Origin: Octopus sinensis | Taxonomy: Eukaryota | Length of the DNA stretch: 64,000 bases | Direction: 5' to 3' | Assembly: GCF_006345805.1 (NCBI RefSeq) | Contig: NW_021833114.1 | Location: 1-64,000, forward strand | Shown here: in pieces, positions 50,881-63,644 of the stretch | Layout: each line of letters begins with the position of its first letter | Numbering within the stretch: the stretch's first letter is position 1 | The notes under the pieces: model-generated | What the model was told of the DNA's origin: nothing | Seen by the model: only the letters and a program-made list of their open reading frames with translations | Database searches by the model: none | Program-made: the position numbers and the translations under genes

Positions 50881-53800
50881 TCAATCAGTAGGAATTATTT
50901 TGGGCAGTTTTGCTTCCTATTGAATGGCGGATTAAATAATACTTGAGGAGGCATAGATCCAAGTCGAGTAAGCTCAGAATATTGCAAATCAATTTGCCTT
51001 TGTGCCTCGATAAGGTTTTTTTCAAGAATTGCGTTTTTCGTATTTGATGCTATCATTGCAAGCGTTTGTGCAGAATCGTTGTTTTCCTGATTACGATGGA
51101 TTCCGAGAGCAACATGAAGGTCATGAATTTGAGTAAGAGCTTGTTTAAGTTCTTTTCTTAAATCATTTATTTCCTTGATGAGACAAACATTTTCCTTAAT
51201 CTAAAGGAAAACAGAAAACTTGAATTATCTTGACATGATCGGCTCGATTGAGTTGCACGTCTTTAACAAGCTTTTTCCTTAATGAATGAACCGTTTTTTC
51301 CAAATGTTCTCTTTGCCTATTGTACTCGTTCTGTAAGTCAGAATCAAGCGTCGCCACTTCCAACTGTCAATGTCGTCATCTCTTAAACTTACAATGTTCC
51401 CACGAGCGTGTTTTTTGTAGAGTTGTCTGATCCTGTTCTTTAATTCTTTTGGGTCTTGTATGTAGGCAATACAACGATGTAAGTCTGTTTGGAATTTCCT
51501 GATGACGAAATCCTTATCTCTCACCTGTGAACTAACGAATGTGGGCTAACGAATTGACGTTCTTTGAGCATTTCCTTCTGAGTCTGTTTTAATTTTTCCG
51601 TGAGACTAGCAGCATTGAGATCAAGTTGAGCGTTTTGTTTGTTAAACTTTTCTAACTCACTTTCCATTTCCTTATAGTCAAAGTGCCCCTCCATTCACCT
51701 GGATTTGTTCCTTCATTGCTTTGATATAATTTTCCTTGGGCTCAATTTGTTTCTTTAATTCTCTGATCTTGTAGTCCAACACGAATTTGAACTTTTCAAG
51801 TTCCTGGTTTTTCTTTTTAATGTCGTAGATCTTTTTTTCCTATAAAAATATATGTAATCAAAAAAGTTTACTTTATCCTGAATTACGTCATCGCGCTCTT
51901 CTACTTCTTTTCTGAAACTCTGAATATCTCGTTCAAGGTTGCGAATCACATTTGCTTGTTTTCCGTTTTCAGTTTGCAGAACTTTCAGCTCGTCTTTCAA
52001 ATCGTCAATTTCAGAAGTGAGACTCGAGAACTAAAATTACAATCACCTTGTACTTTCTTTTTCATTATTCCCGACTCACTCTTGAGTTTTGTGTTCATTT
52101 CCCTTTCGTCTCTGAGTTTGCGTTCAAAGTTATTCTTCAGTTCGAGAATCTCCTGATCCGCGTCTTCTTCGATCTGATTCCTCATTTCCTCGTGTTCTTC
52201 CTGCTGAGATGCGATGACTCCTTCAGCCTACAGTCACTCAAATTGGAATACCCGCTCATTCTGTCGCCGCAACTCGTCCAATCTGACTTGGTAATATTCC
52301 TCCAATTCGTGAAGAGCTTCTTCCTTGTCGAATTCTTTTGAATTTAGTTGATTTTCATAGTTTTCCTGAATTGTCTGGGACTTGGATTGTAGAAGTTGAT
52401 ACTTTTCATATTCCAGCAACAACTTTTGGCTGTGGGAATCATCTGATTATTAAAACTATAGGCTTAACTCATGTTTTGTATTTCCCTCATGTGGTTCTCC
52501 TCGTTCACTCCCATAATATCTTTATACCGATTTTCTAACGACTCTTTTTCGTTCAAAGACTTGAGGTAGTCTGCTTTCCAGTTTTCAGTCTCAGTAGAAA
52601 ATTTATCGGTCAGTTCCTTAATTTTTTCTCCGTACATGAGATCTTTTAATCTGAGTTGATATTCATTCTCCATCTTTAGTTCACTAACTCTTGTTTGGAG
52701 GTCCACAATTGATGCGTTCTGAATGATATGCTATTATTCTACCTTATCTTCTAAATCACTTTTGGTAATCAAAATCTCTTCTGAGTATTCAATTTCAATT
52801 GACTGTTTTTTGATGATTGGTTCAGTCACTTTCCACACAATCATAGTTCCGTCTTCCGCAGTTGTAAATATTGATGTACCGTCATATGATAGTCTAATCT
52901 TGAAGTAAATATACCAAAACTTACTCGAGTAACTGCTGTGGAGTGTCCCGACTGAATTGTGTATTCAGGAGTGCCCATAATCGGGAACTTTATGGAGGAA
53001 AACTGTCCAGAGCTGGTTCCACAGTACAAAAACCTTCCAGAGGGTGACATAACAATTGCCGTGAATGGCACTCCTGGTGAATCAGCCTCGTGGCTGACCT
53101 AAGAATCCAGTAATAAATGAATGCACATTGGAATTTGATATTTCTCTCAGTTTATTGTCCGACCCGACAACACACGTGCATTTTCCATCTACAGAAGTAG
53201 TCAAGTCATAATAATTGCAATGTTTGAGAACATGTTCATTGGTTCGAATTCCTGAAAGTATGATCGAACGAGCAACCTGTAATTAAGTCCCATTCGTAAA
53301 CAGCGCCGTCCGAACCACAGGAGTGCAATCTGAGGTCGTTCATATTCCACTTTAAAGAGGTAATTCTTGAATTGTGGCCTTTGAGATTAATCATATTTTC
53401 AAATGTGATTGAGGAAAATATTTGAATCACATTCGAGTTTGCAGCTGCAAACAAATGTCCCCCATTACTGAAGCGACACTGAATACTTTAACAATTATAA
53501 TTAACTTCTTGGCATAACTTAACAAGGAATTCTTTCACAATTTTCATGTCATCGATAAGTAGACTCATCAACCGCAGTTTATCGGTGAACCCCACCAAAA
53601 TGTACAACCCTGACGGATGAAGAGATACGCAATGTATTTCCTGACTGAATTCCTTTACGAATTCTAAATTGCTGGAAAAGTAATTTTCTTAGCTACCAAC
53701 TCGGTCTCGTAGTTTCTTACTGCAATAGATCGATCATTTCCGGTGGTCACTACGAGAGTCTTGCGAATGCAAACGTCAAGACCTTTAATTGCCTCAAAAT

Positions 53801-54949
53801 GATTAAATTGTCCTAAATTTTCAAAGTGACAAGCGTCTTTCTACAGATAAACCAGGTTAAACACTTTGTCGATCGTCGTCGAATTAAGTGAAAACCAAAA
53901 TATTTGTCCCATACTGGTCGAGCAGATTAAGGATTCTTCTGCAGAACTAATTGCCAAGGAATGAAATGTCTGGTTGGAGAGACGACTTTCTGCGTTGAAT
54001 TCGTCAAATTCAACCTGAAAATGATTGAAAACAGAACCTCTATTTTTTTACTAAAAGTGTATTCCTTTCCCTTTTCATAGTTAAGAACCAGGGAAGTTCC
54101 ATAGCCAAAAAAGATTCCCTTTGAGTAGGCGCAGATTGATGTCACTGGAAAGGTCACTCTACTGCTAGAATATTAGTAGAAAACGCTGAAGTATCGTAGG
54201 GAACCAATTCACCCTGCATTTCGCCCGATTCCACAAAAATGAGTTTTCCCTCTAACGTCCCGGCTATTATCTTGTCTTCAGAAATCCACGTGTGACAAGT
54301 GTAATTTAGAGAGTCGAGTTTATGTGAACTAAAGATTTGTAGTATTCCTTCGGTGTAGTGGAAGAATTTAAACATGTTTATTCCACTGACACATATTTGA
54401 GTGTTGTCTTCAGGATTGAATGATATCTATAATGAAATAAAATCTGTATCAACCTGGGATATCTCCGCAGTAATCTTTGACAAAATTGGTTTGGTGATGG
54501 ATAGAACTTTTGCTTTTTCCCAAAGCCAATACAGAATTGTCCAATCGGGACCACTTCCAACCACCGCCAAATACTTTGAGTCAGAAGAGAAGGCCATGCA
54601 GACGACAGGAACAGATATCAATTCTGCACTCGTCAAAACTTTTTTGCGTCGAAGAAGAACTAGGTCGTAAATGCAAATGCTTGTTCTATCCAAATTCTCT
54701 GCTACAGCTACATATCTAATCTCATTTGACTGGGAAATACCGCTTATTTGGACTAAATGCCACAGCTGTCATTCCCTTAGAATTCTCACAGCATTGAATT
54801 ATTTTTTGTTCTCTTGTATCTTTATTATGTAAAACGATGTTGTTTCCGGCTGGAAAGACTAAAGTCTGTTCGTCTGTGAATGATATGTTGTTTTTTAAAG
54901 CAAAGTTGATTCCGTAAATATGATGAGGCTTAGCAGACTCGAGTGACAT
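50881..54949 (-). CDS. CFAP57: Cilia- and flagella-associated protein 57 (WD40 + coiled coil), multi-exon
   Basis: [77 protein letters not shown]; many 23-30-nt introns. Confidence 0.95.
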
Positions 54950-55672
54950 TTTGAGAACTGTTTCCTTGGAAGTATTTAATTGATTATTAATAATGAAACA
55001 AAAATATTTTAGAGTCAAAATAAAATTCTCTTTACAAATTCCTATTCCAAGAGATCAAAATTATTATTCATCGAGGCAGACATCCAAAAAATGGCTTTAT
55101 TGGGATTATATATTTTATCAAAAAGAAAGCGAACTCTGTTGAAACCCAAACTCACAATTTGATACAAAAGTTACAGTTTGGAACTAAACGATACTATAAA
55201 TGAGATTTTGGTTTTTTTGTTTGGCTCATATGCACAGGATTTATAATTTTACTAAATTTACGAAAACTTTCTTTTGACAGTTTTTTAAAATTAATTTTAG
55301 AAAGTATTTCTTTTGCAAAATAATTTTGACCTTAAAATGTACTAGTCAATTGACATCAGTTGTACAAATTGAGACATTATTTGAAGATAAACCATTCGTT
55401 TTATTATTTTATTGTTTATGAGTTGGTTGTTTTCTTAAAGATAGACGGGTTTTATAAAAAGCTAAAAATAATTTAAAATCCTTTTATCTACACAATTCAA
55501 TTCTTATTTTTTACGGTCGGCAAAATTTCCAAAGTAACAACATATTCCAAAAAATTTTTTCAAAAAATCATGATCGAAAATATTTTAATCAACTTCTATC
55601 ATGAGTATTTCGCCAGAAACCTTATCTTGTACTAAAATGTCTAGCTTATTTTTATCAAAAGTCAAGTCGGAA

Positions 55673-56010
55673 TCAATAGCAACTTGATCCAGTGTTAAAA
55701 ATTGGCAAAATTATCTTCTTGAATACATCCAAAAGTCTTTTCACAATTTCCGATGCACACGGTTGAATAAAAGTCTCCGTAATAGTACGCGGCTTCTTCG
55801 GTTTTGCAATTTCATATGCTATTTGGATTGAAAGTAGCGGTTTGTCAATGGAGGTAAATCCATGCTTCGGGGGCGTTGCTTTAATATCGTATCGGACCCT
55901 TTTAGCCTTCAAACGTTAGACAGTCATTTCTTGAACGTTTTATTATCCCTGCATAGACATAAAATCTTTGTTTAGCTTTGATGGTTTCAAATTAGAATTA
56001 GAAAAAATTA
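55673..56010 (-). mobile_element. Buster/ZBED5-type hAT transposase fragment (N-terminal)
   Basis: IAYEIAKPKKPRTITETFIQP. Confidence 0.7.
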
Positions 56011-56405
56011 AATTATTAAAATCATTCCTGGCACCTCATAAAAATTTTTCGCTCCCTAAATCGGGAAGAACTTCTTTACAATGAGAACAGACCTTAGATT
56101 GATTCCAGAAAGAGTTTTGATCGTACATATAAGTAAATAATCGGGTCAAAAGAAGTCATTTCCATATCTTAGGCAAGTCATTGACGACTTGACGTCAACA
56201 TGCGGATTATCCTAGGCTTTGAAGATATCAGACTCTTTTTGTACTATGATCAACCCTTTCACATTAGCTTGGGTAGCACATGGTCCCAAGGTGGGTATCA
56301 AGTGATTTTTCAACAGCAAGGATGACGTCGTATATGTGAAGAGATAGTATCAGCTAATCCAATAATATTGGCTGATATTGAATTAGTGATTTTTGATATA
56401 AATAA

Positions 56406-59400
56406 TGTCACAGGCCGGAAGCGTTACGGCGCCGGAAGCGTTACACATTTCAATATTCAATAAATAAGTTAATATTAAATATTTAGTAGTAAACAAGGTA
56501 TTTTAAATTTAAAAATATACTTTTTACTCTTTCGACGTCAACTATTTGTAAATCACTCCGAGGCAGAAAACCAACCAGACATAATTATCAGAACGGCGTC
56601 GCTACGTAAGTACAATGTATTCAATAATTGGCTAGCCATTTAACACTATTAATAATTTGTTAAATTAATTAAAGATTTAAAAATCAACAAAAATTATATT
56701 TATTACGCACTTTACAAAAGTTAAGTATTTGTAGGGTGCATTCCGATTTTAATTAGTCGGTAGATGTGAATTCCCTCCATTTTTTTCTCCCCTTTCACTT
56801 TCTAGCGTACATATGTCGCCTTCCCTCTCGATGATCGTGTACTTTTCCATGTGTAATCCGTCATATAATGGATATTGCCTTACATTCGCATCATTTTCTT
56901 GTCTACATAAATTACATGTTTAAATATTGTAACCTAATTATTACCTCCTCTCCTATGCATAAAGGTTCTTCGTCGTACTTCCATCTTCGTCTCTGTGCCA
57001 TTTTTTCCACAGCTTGTAAAATATTTGAGTATGCTTCTTGTCTTGAATTCGTTAGATCATCAAATTCTTCAGTGACACAGTAGAGTTGTTCTAATTCTTC
57101 ATCACTCGTTCTTACTGGAAATTGCATTCCCATAAAGATGTAGAATGGGATATTCCGTGTAGTAGAATGAACAGTATTGTTGTAGTCAAATATGATGTCT
57201 TTGACTTTTTGAAATAGAGATGTAATTTCAGCGGAGCTTTTTGAATAAGCTAACTCGACCATGGCATATTTCGAAAAAGAATCAACAATAACAAGAATCT
57301 AATCGTTTAAGAGAAGGCAAATACCCAATTAAATGAGTCATTAATTTCCGAATATCTTCGGAGATCGACCAGATCGGCGATATACCGGTCTCTACTTCTT
57401 GCAATTATCGGCGTAATAGGTGGCTTTGTTGCTAATGCCTTTTTAGACTAAAAATATAGGAAAAATCGTTACCTGACAAGGGACACATTGGGAAATGACT
57501 TGATTTATTTCGTTTCTTATAATTCCATAGTAGCGTGATCTGAGCTTAGAAAATAAGCGATCTTTACCAAAGTGATTAATATTGTGTTCAACCTATTGAT
57601 ATTGTATTCAAATACATACATCAACAAATTTGCGTCTCAATTCAGTTTCATCCGTACAAAAAAAACGTAATTTTAGATTATTGTGGCAAATGAATGGCGT
57701 TTCGCCTTCAAAAACAAATGACATAGCCAATTTTGCTAGCCTAAATCTTTTCATCTTAGACGATGAATCCTCCGAAAGAAGATCACAGAGGTTTTCTTGA
57801 AATTCTTTGATTTTCTGTAGGGATTCTTTTGTTATTTGCACTAAACGCATTATACACACTTAATAAAATGATTAAAATTTATTCATAATTTATTAATATT
57901 TATAGATATTTGTTCTTTTCAAATGAAATTATTATTGTTTTACGTATTTTTAATTTTTTTTGTTTACATGCGTAACGCTTTAATTTTTTTTGTTTACATA
58001 CACTCTGATCTCCCTGCCCTCATCAAAGAACAAAAGGAGCTAAGACTACAACTGGAAAACACATCTGATCCGAAGAAGAAACAAATCTTACAGAATAGAC
58101 GTTCATCTACCCAGAAAAAAATCAAAATGTTGAACAAGACAAACTTCACTAACAAACTCGACTTAATAGCTGCAGGAATTGAACAGCTAAAGGACTCTTC
58201 AAAAATGTTTACGGCAATCCGCCTACTCAACAGGAAAAAACAAACTAACAAACTCAAAATCCATGACAGCAATGGAAGATTCATCACAAATCCCAAAGAG
58301 CAGGCTGAATATATAGCCTCGTATTTCGAGAGTATATTAACCGCTCACGGAGAAATATCCGATTACACCAGCGGATACACCACTCATCTCAGCCTACCTA
58401 TCACCACCGGTGAAGTATCAACTGCAATAGCCAAACTTAAAAATGGCCGCTCCTCTGGACCGGATGGAATAAATTCAGAACTGTTTAAATACGGACCGCC
58501 TGCACTAACAGACAAACTGGCGGAGCTACTCAATGTATGTTTATGAAAAAGGAATTCCTCGGTCTTGATTCCGGATTATTAATACCGATCCAAAAGCCTA
58601 ACAAGCAGGCTGGGCCTGTCGAAAATCTACGCCCTATAATCTTGCTAAACACCTTACGGAAACTTTTGGGATTAGTTACACTGAACCGAATAAGAGAACA
58701 AGTGGACAACTATCTATCCCCGAGTCATAGTGGATTTAGGACAGGAAGATCCACCGCCGATGCTGTCTGGGCCCACAAGTGGTACTGCGCTATCACCCAG
58801 AGATACAAAAGTGCAACAACAGTCCTGGGAATAGACCTGTCTAGGGCCTTTGACACGGTACGCCGTGGTCTACTCCTCAAAATACTGGAACAATTCCTGG
58901 ACCCTGACTCTGTCAATATGATAAGAGTACTACTATCGAACACAAAGCTCAAGGTGCGGGTCGGCACGGCGTTTTCCCGTGAATTCACGTGCAACGTCGG
59001 TACCCCTCAGGGAGACGCCCTCTCGCCGTTGCTATTCGTGATCTATCTGGAGACGGCACTACGAGACCTTCGAAAATTCTATGCTGGCAATATCGTCGAA
59101 ATTGTATATGCAGATGACGTCGACTTCGTGTCAGACGACAAATCGGCCTTACTTCGACTCCTTGAAGTGGCACCTGCTGAGCTGAACAGATGGTTCCTTA
59201 AAATGAACGTTGGAAAAACCGACATCGTTGAAATCATGAGGATGGAGAGCAGCTCAAGTGAAGCCTGGCGCAAAACGAACAAACTCGGTTCTCTACTTGG
59301 GGACGGCCATGATATTGTCAGAAGAAAGGCTCTCGCTTGGGCCACGATGAACAAGATAAAGAAAGAGTGGATCGGCAAACGACGACTCTGTACGTCACTT

Positions 59401-60133
59401 CGTCTGAGGATGTATGAAGCCTTTGTCAAACCAATCCTGACATATAATTCGGCGACCTGGGGAATGTCTAGTACTGAACAACGTGGACTCGATTCTTTTC
59501 ACCGCAGGCAACTTAGATCCCTACTGGGATTGAACTGGCCTATAAGAATCAACCAGGAATCGCTATACAATAGATGCAGAACTGGCCCTCTGAGTGTGGA
59601 AATCGTCAATATGCGGTGGAGGTTATTTGGCCATATTCTACGAATGGACATGCTTGCCCCAGCTAACATAGCAATGGAGGGCTACTTCCTGAAAGAGGGA
59701 TCGAGCTTCCGTGGACGTCCACGTGTTACGCTGCCGGAAACACTTGACGGAGACCTGAAATGTGTGAAGAAAAGGCTAAGGAGTGGTGAGGATCTGGACG
59801 AGCTGAGGAAACTCGCTCACGACAGAGGAGGTTGGAGGAGGCTGGTTCAAAGGATTGTTTTTAATGCTGCACGAGTAAAATTATAACTAATATGATTCTA
59901 CGTATGTTGCAAATAATAATAATAATGCGTAACGCTTCCGGCGCCGTAACGCTTCCGGACTGCGACAAAGCATTATACACACTTAATAAAATGATTAAAA
60001 TTTATTCATAATTTATTAATATTTATAGATATTTGTTCTTTTCAAATGAAATTATTATTGTTTTACGTATTTTTAATTTTTTTTGTTTACATGCGTAACG
60101 CTTCCGGCGCCGTAACGCTTCCGGACTGCGACA
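56406..60133 (-). mobile_element. Ginger2/TDD-like element with duplicated end and RTE insertion
   Basis: TIRs TGTCACAGGCCGGAAGCGTTAC.../...GTAACGCTTCCGGACTGCGACA; TSD AATAA (56401-56405, 60134-60138); integrase exons about 56760-57850 (HNINHFGKDR, CVPC, DRYIADLVDL, VDSFSKY) with the central core deleted. Confidence 0.92.
58000..59925 (+). mobile_element. 5'-truncated RTE-clade LINE, RT nearly intact (one frameshift near 58540)
   Basis: LRPIILL, SGFRTGRST, IDLSRAFD, GTPQGDALSP, YADD, RWRLFGHILR; (TAA)n tail; TSD ATGCGTAACGCTT. Confidence 0.93.
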
Positions 60134-60483
60134 AATAATGCTAACATTTTCAAACCTTCAAGTCACGAACTTTATGTTATCAACATTTTAAATATGCAAG
60201 AGTTGATTTACATAAAGTACATTTCGTGAGGACAATTAAGAATTATCTTTTGGTTATTTTAAACACAATATCTATCTAACGAACTCTTCAAATATTTTCG
60301 TATAGTTCTTTATGATTGATCCTGAACGATAAATATAAAATCTTTCACATCTAACGATTCAAATTTTCAAATTTATTAGTTTAAAATTTATCTAAATCGT
60401 GTATTGATAAAGTCATTTAGTATTTATTGATATAATCGTGTTTGTTTGAGCGGATAATCTATTGTGTGAAGTTATAACTCAAA

Positions 60484-60849
60484 ATGACTTTTTTAAATAA
60501 AAAACCAGAAATTGATTCCGAAACAGATACATGGAGGCGTAACCTACTAGAGTCTAAAAAACTTTTCATTTTTTCCAGTAAATCAAAGACTCCACAAAAA
60601 GAAAATTGCAAAACTAAAAATAATTATTTGACAAGTAAACTTCAAAATATGGAAACAAAAATCTTGGAAAAAAATAAACTAATTGAATCAGTCAACTCGT
60701 CAAAGCTAGAAAAAAAACATTCTCCAATAATCGAGTCAATATTGTTTAACCAAGAATTTCGAACGATGCCTCGATTGGCCAAAGTGGAACCTGTTTTGCG
60801 AATAAATAGATTTTTTGAAAAGAAAAAAATATGGAAACCAAGAAAATAA
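60484..60849 (+). CDS. Hypothetical 121-aa Lys-rich protein
   Basis: ATG-initiated ORF, no recognised motif. Confidence 0.3.
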   Translation: MTFLNKKPEIDSETDTWRRNLLESKKLFIFSSKSKTPQKENCKTKNNYLTSKLQNMETKILEKNKLIESVNSSKLEKKHSPIIESILFNQEFRTMPRLAKVEPVLRINRFFEKKKIWKPRK

Positions 60850-61059
60850 AAAATGCAATAATATTTGTCTAATGAACTTTTATATTTGACAAATAACTTG
60901 TAATTAATTTAGATAATCTATAAACGTCAAAAATAACACAATAATTATAAATTCGATATTTTCAACACTTATATAGAACGGAAATACCTGTTACTTTCAA
61001 AAATAAACTAAAAATTTTAATTCTAATCTATTTAAAATGTAATGCAGAATGTCAAATCG

Positions 61060-61640
61060 AAACAGACTGACATAACATTCACGTTTCGTACTGAGTTGTA
61101 AAGTCGGAGTTAATTCTCTGACAGTACACTCCACATTTTTTAACAGACCAAAATGATTTTAAATTTAATGTAAATTGGTCCTTTATTGCTCTTTAAAGAA
61201 TATCCTGAAAATTTTCAAACAATGGACTGAATGTTTTCATAGAGATGTAAATTTTTCAATAAAAGGCATGATAATTCCTTTTACATTTATTAGATTAATA
61301 TTGTTTCTTTGCAAGCTTATAACTAAGGGGTATTTCATGTCTCCACAAATATTGTTCGACAGTTTTAAAAATTGTTAACCCTCTTGTGTCGAGTTCAAGG
61401 TGTTCAAACTATAAGAATTCTTCTTGAAATAGATCATTTTGATTAATAAAACGTATGTAAATTAATAAAAGTGCAACACTATCGGTAAATGTCGATTCAT
61501 CAATTTGAATTTAATATTTTGTTGTTCTTAAGAATGCACATAAAGTTTCTTCGATATCAGATGCCATTCCATCAATTCTGGAAGAGACTGAAATATTACT
61601 CAAAGGAATTGATGAAATTATTTATTCAGAATCGCAATCA
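61060..61640 (-). mobile_element. Buster/ZBED5-type hAT transposase pseudogene fragment
   Basis: IPLSN.SV..RI..MA.DIE, IQIDEST, LL.YIRFI...EEFL with in-frame stops. Confidence 0.8.
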
Positions 61641-62329
61641 ACCATTAAATTTAGAAATTTTTTGTTTAGGTAAACACCAGACAATTTGAATTTTGAATTC
61701 ATAGAAAAGCACGTGATAATAATTTACAAAAACTAATACAAATATTTATAATAAAGAAAAATAAAATTCCAGCATCCCGTTAAAAATCACTGCGCTAGAC
61801 TAATTCCTGAAGCAAACAGCAGGAAAAAACTTAATAGAAAATGTAATTTTATGCTTAAGGAAAATATATTTCTATTCGACCGATATACAAATGATAAAAA
61901 GTGCATATAAGTTTGAGACACATAAAACAAATACGATAATTTAAACTATTTCACACCGCTTTCCTTCTCTATAAATATCAAAAATTTTTTAATCAAAACC
62001 ATTTTTCAATTTTGTATGGATTATGTTTTTCAAAAGATATTTTATTGTCTTTTAAATATTTAGTTATTCTGAAACTTATTTTTCACTGTAAATTTTATTT
62101 TTTAGATTAGAATAAGATCAATTTTTGATATTGTTGAATGGTCAAGAATTTGAATAAAAACCTTCAAACTAAAACAGACCATTTTGAAAATCGTAAATTG
62201 ACCTTGTAAGTATATACACGAGATTTTTAATTAATTTACATAATAAAGAACCGACAAATTAACACAATGTTCATAAAATAAGAAAATATTCAGGTGGAAA
62301 ATTAATTCAATAGAGATAATATGGCGAAA

Positions 62330-63470
62330 CCAATTATTTATACGGAAACCAGGCATTGGGTAAAGTAACTCCTGACGAGGTCGAGTTTTTCGCCAATTGT
62401 ATGATTGTAATATCTGGGTTCAGAGGGATTTTAGTAGATGTCCTTGGAAAAGAATCCTACAGGCTCATAGAGATAAAGTTAATACACGAAAAGAACTATG
62501 AAAACGAAACGATCCGTTGCGAATAAAAGAAACATCACAGAGAGAAATAGATCTTACAAGTGATGTAATTGCACGCTTTTTTCTATCTCGAATACTCACT
62601 CCTGACAGAGTCTCATCAAAAGACCGAGATCGTGGCTTCGGATCAAAACTTTTGCATAGTGAGGTGACCTTGAAATTAGTTGAGAAAATCTCTGATTCAA
62701 AATATTTAGGAATGTCTTCTAATGATATAAGATTTTCAATATTACTATGAACTTTGGACTGATCATCAGAAGTTGGAGAACTGTTGTAATGAGTGTGAGA
62801 TGATTCCATAGTCTCTGAATAGAGAATATCATTCTCATCGAGTTCAATTGGGAGATAGTAATGGAATTTTGTCACAAACTCATAAACATGTCTGTGTCTA
62901 GCCATGCTGATATAATGCTCACAGTCTGGTATCTAAACAGAATACAACTACAATAACAACGTCAAATGTCGTGGATGATATATTTCTCGATACTTTGTCA
63001 TCGTCCTCATTCACTGAATGGAGAAAACTATGAGACTTTCCCTGTTTTCTGTGGAGACTAAGATTTCCTCCCATTATATTCATGGAACCGTCATCAAGCA
63101 GCCACCTATGCTTCACGATGCGTATTTGGATAATTGAATACTCTTAACAACGCCATACGCACTTTATCACTCCTATTCTTTCATGTGATTATATTGCTGA
63201 TAGTAATGACAGTAATCAATAAATGGGTGGCAATCGATTTAGACCAGTGTTAGCAGGTGCTTCCACGTCCTATAACTGTTTTCTGTTATTATTTAATTTA
63301 TTTAAAATCAGAATTAAAGGAATCGAATTATCTTCGAGACAGGTTATTGTGTCGATAGAATTCTGTGAAGGAGACAATGCAATTAATAATCCATTAAAAT
63401 AGCAGTATTCAATAGTAATTAAATTAATGAGTGCCATTTGAGTAGCTGTGTCTATCACGGCTGTCATTTT
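62330..63470 (-). CDS. Unidentified multi-exon gene with Ser-rich C-terminus
   Basis: ORFs 62465-62905, 62919-63116 and 63270-63467 can be joined by plausible micro-introns; no family recognised. Confidence 0.4.
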
Positions 63471-63644
63471 ATTTTACAATTTATGTGAGTACGTGACTCA
63501 TTCATTATGGGTAACAGTGCCCATAAACTTACTTTTAGCATTAAATTTAGTCAATAAATCATTAAATTTACTCCATCAGGTCAAATCCGCTGGCCAAAAC
63601 ATCGTTTGCTTGATATGAACAGCTAATATTTATTACAAATATTA

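Noticed and set aside
13760-54949. Alternative genetic code (stop-codon reassignment) to explain fragmented ORFs
   Set aside because: In the genes reconstructed in detail, in-frame stops fall inside removable GT-AG micro-introns and exons read cleanly in the standard code.
57923-58000. Signal-peptide-like N-terminus of ORF 57923-58546
   Set aside because: Chance read-through from T-rich Ginger UTR into the truncated RTE ORF.
55673-61640. Single hAT element split by the 56406 Ginger
   Set aside because: The two hAT fragments are in the wrong order for one minus-strand transposase.
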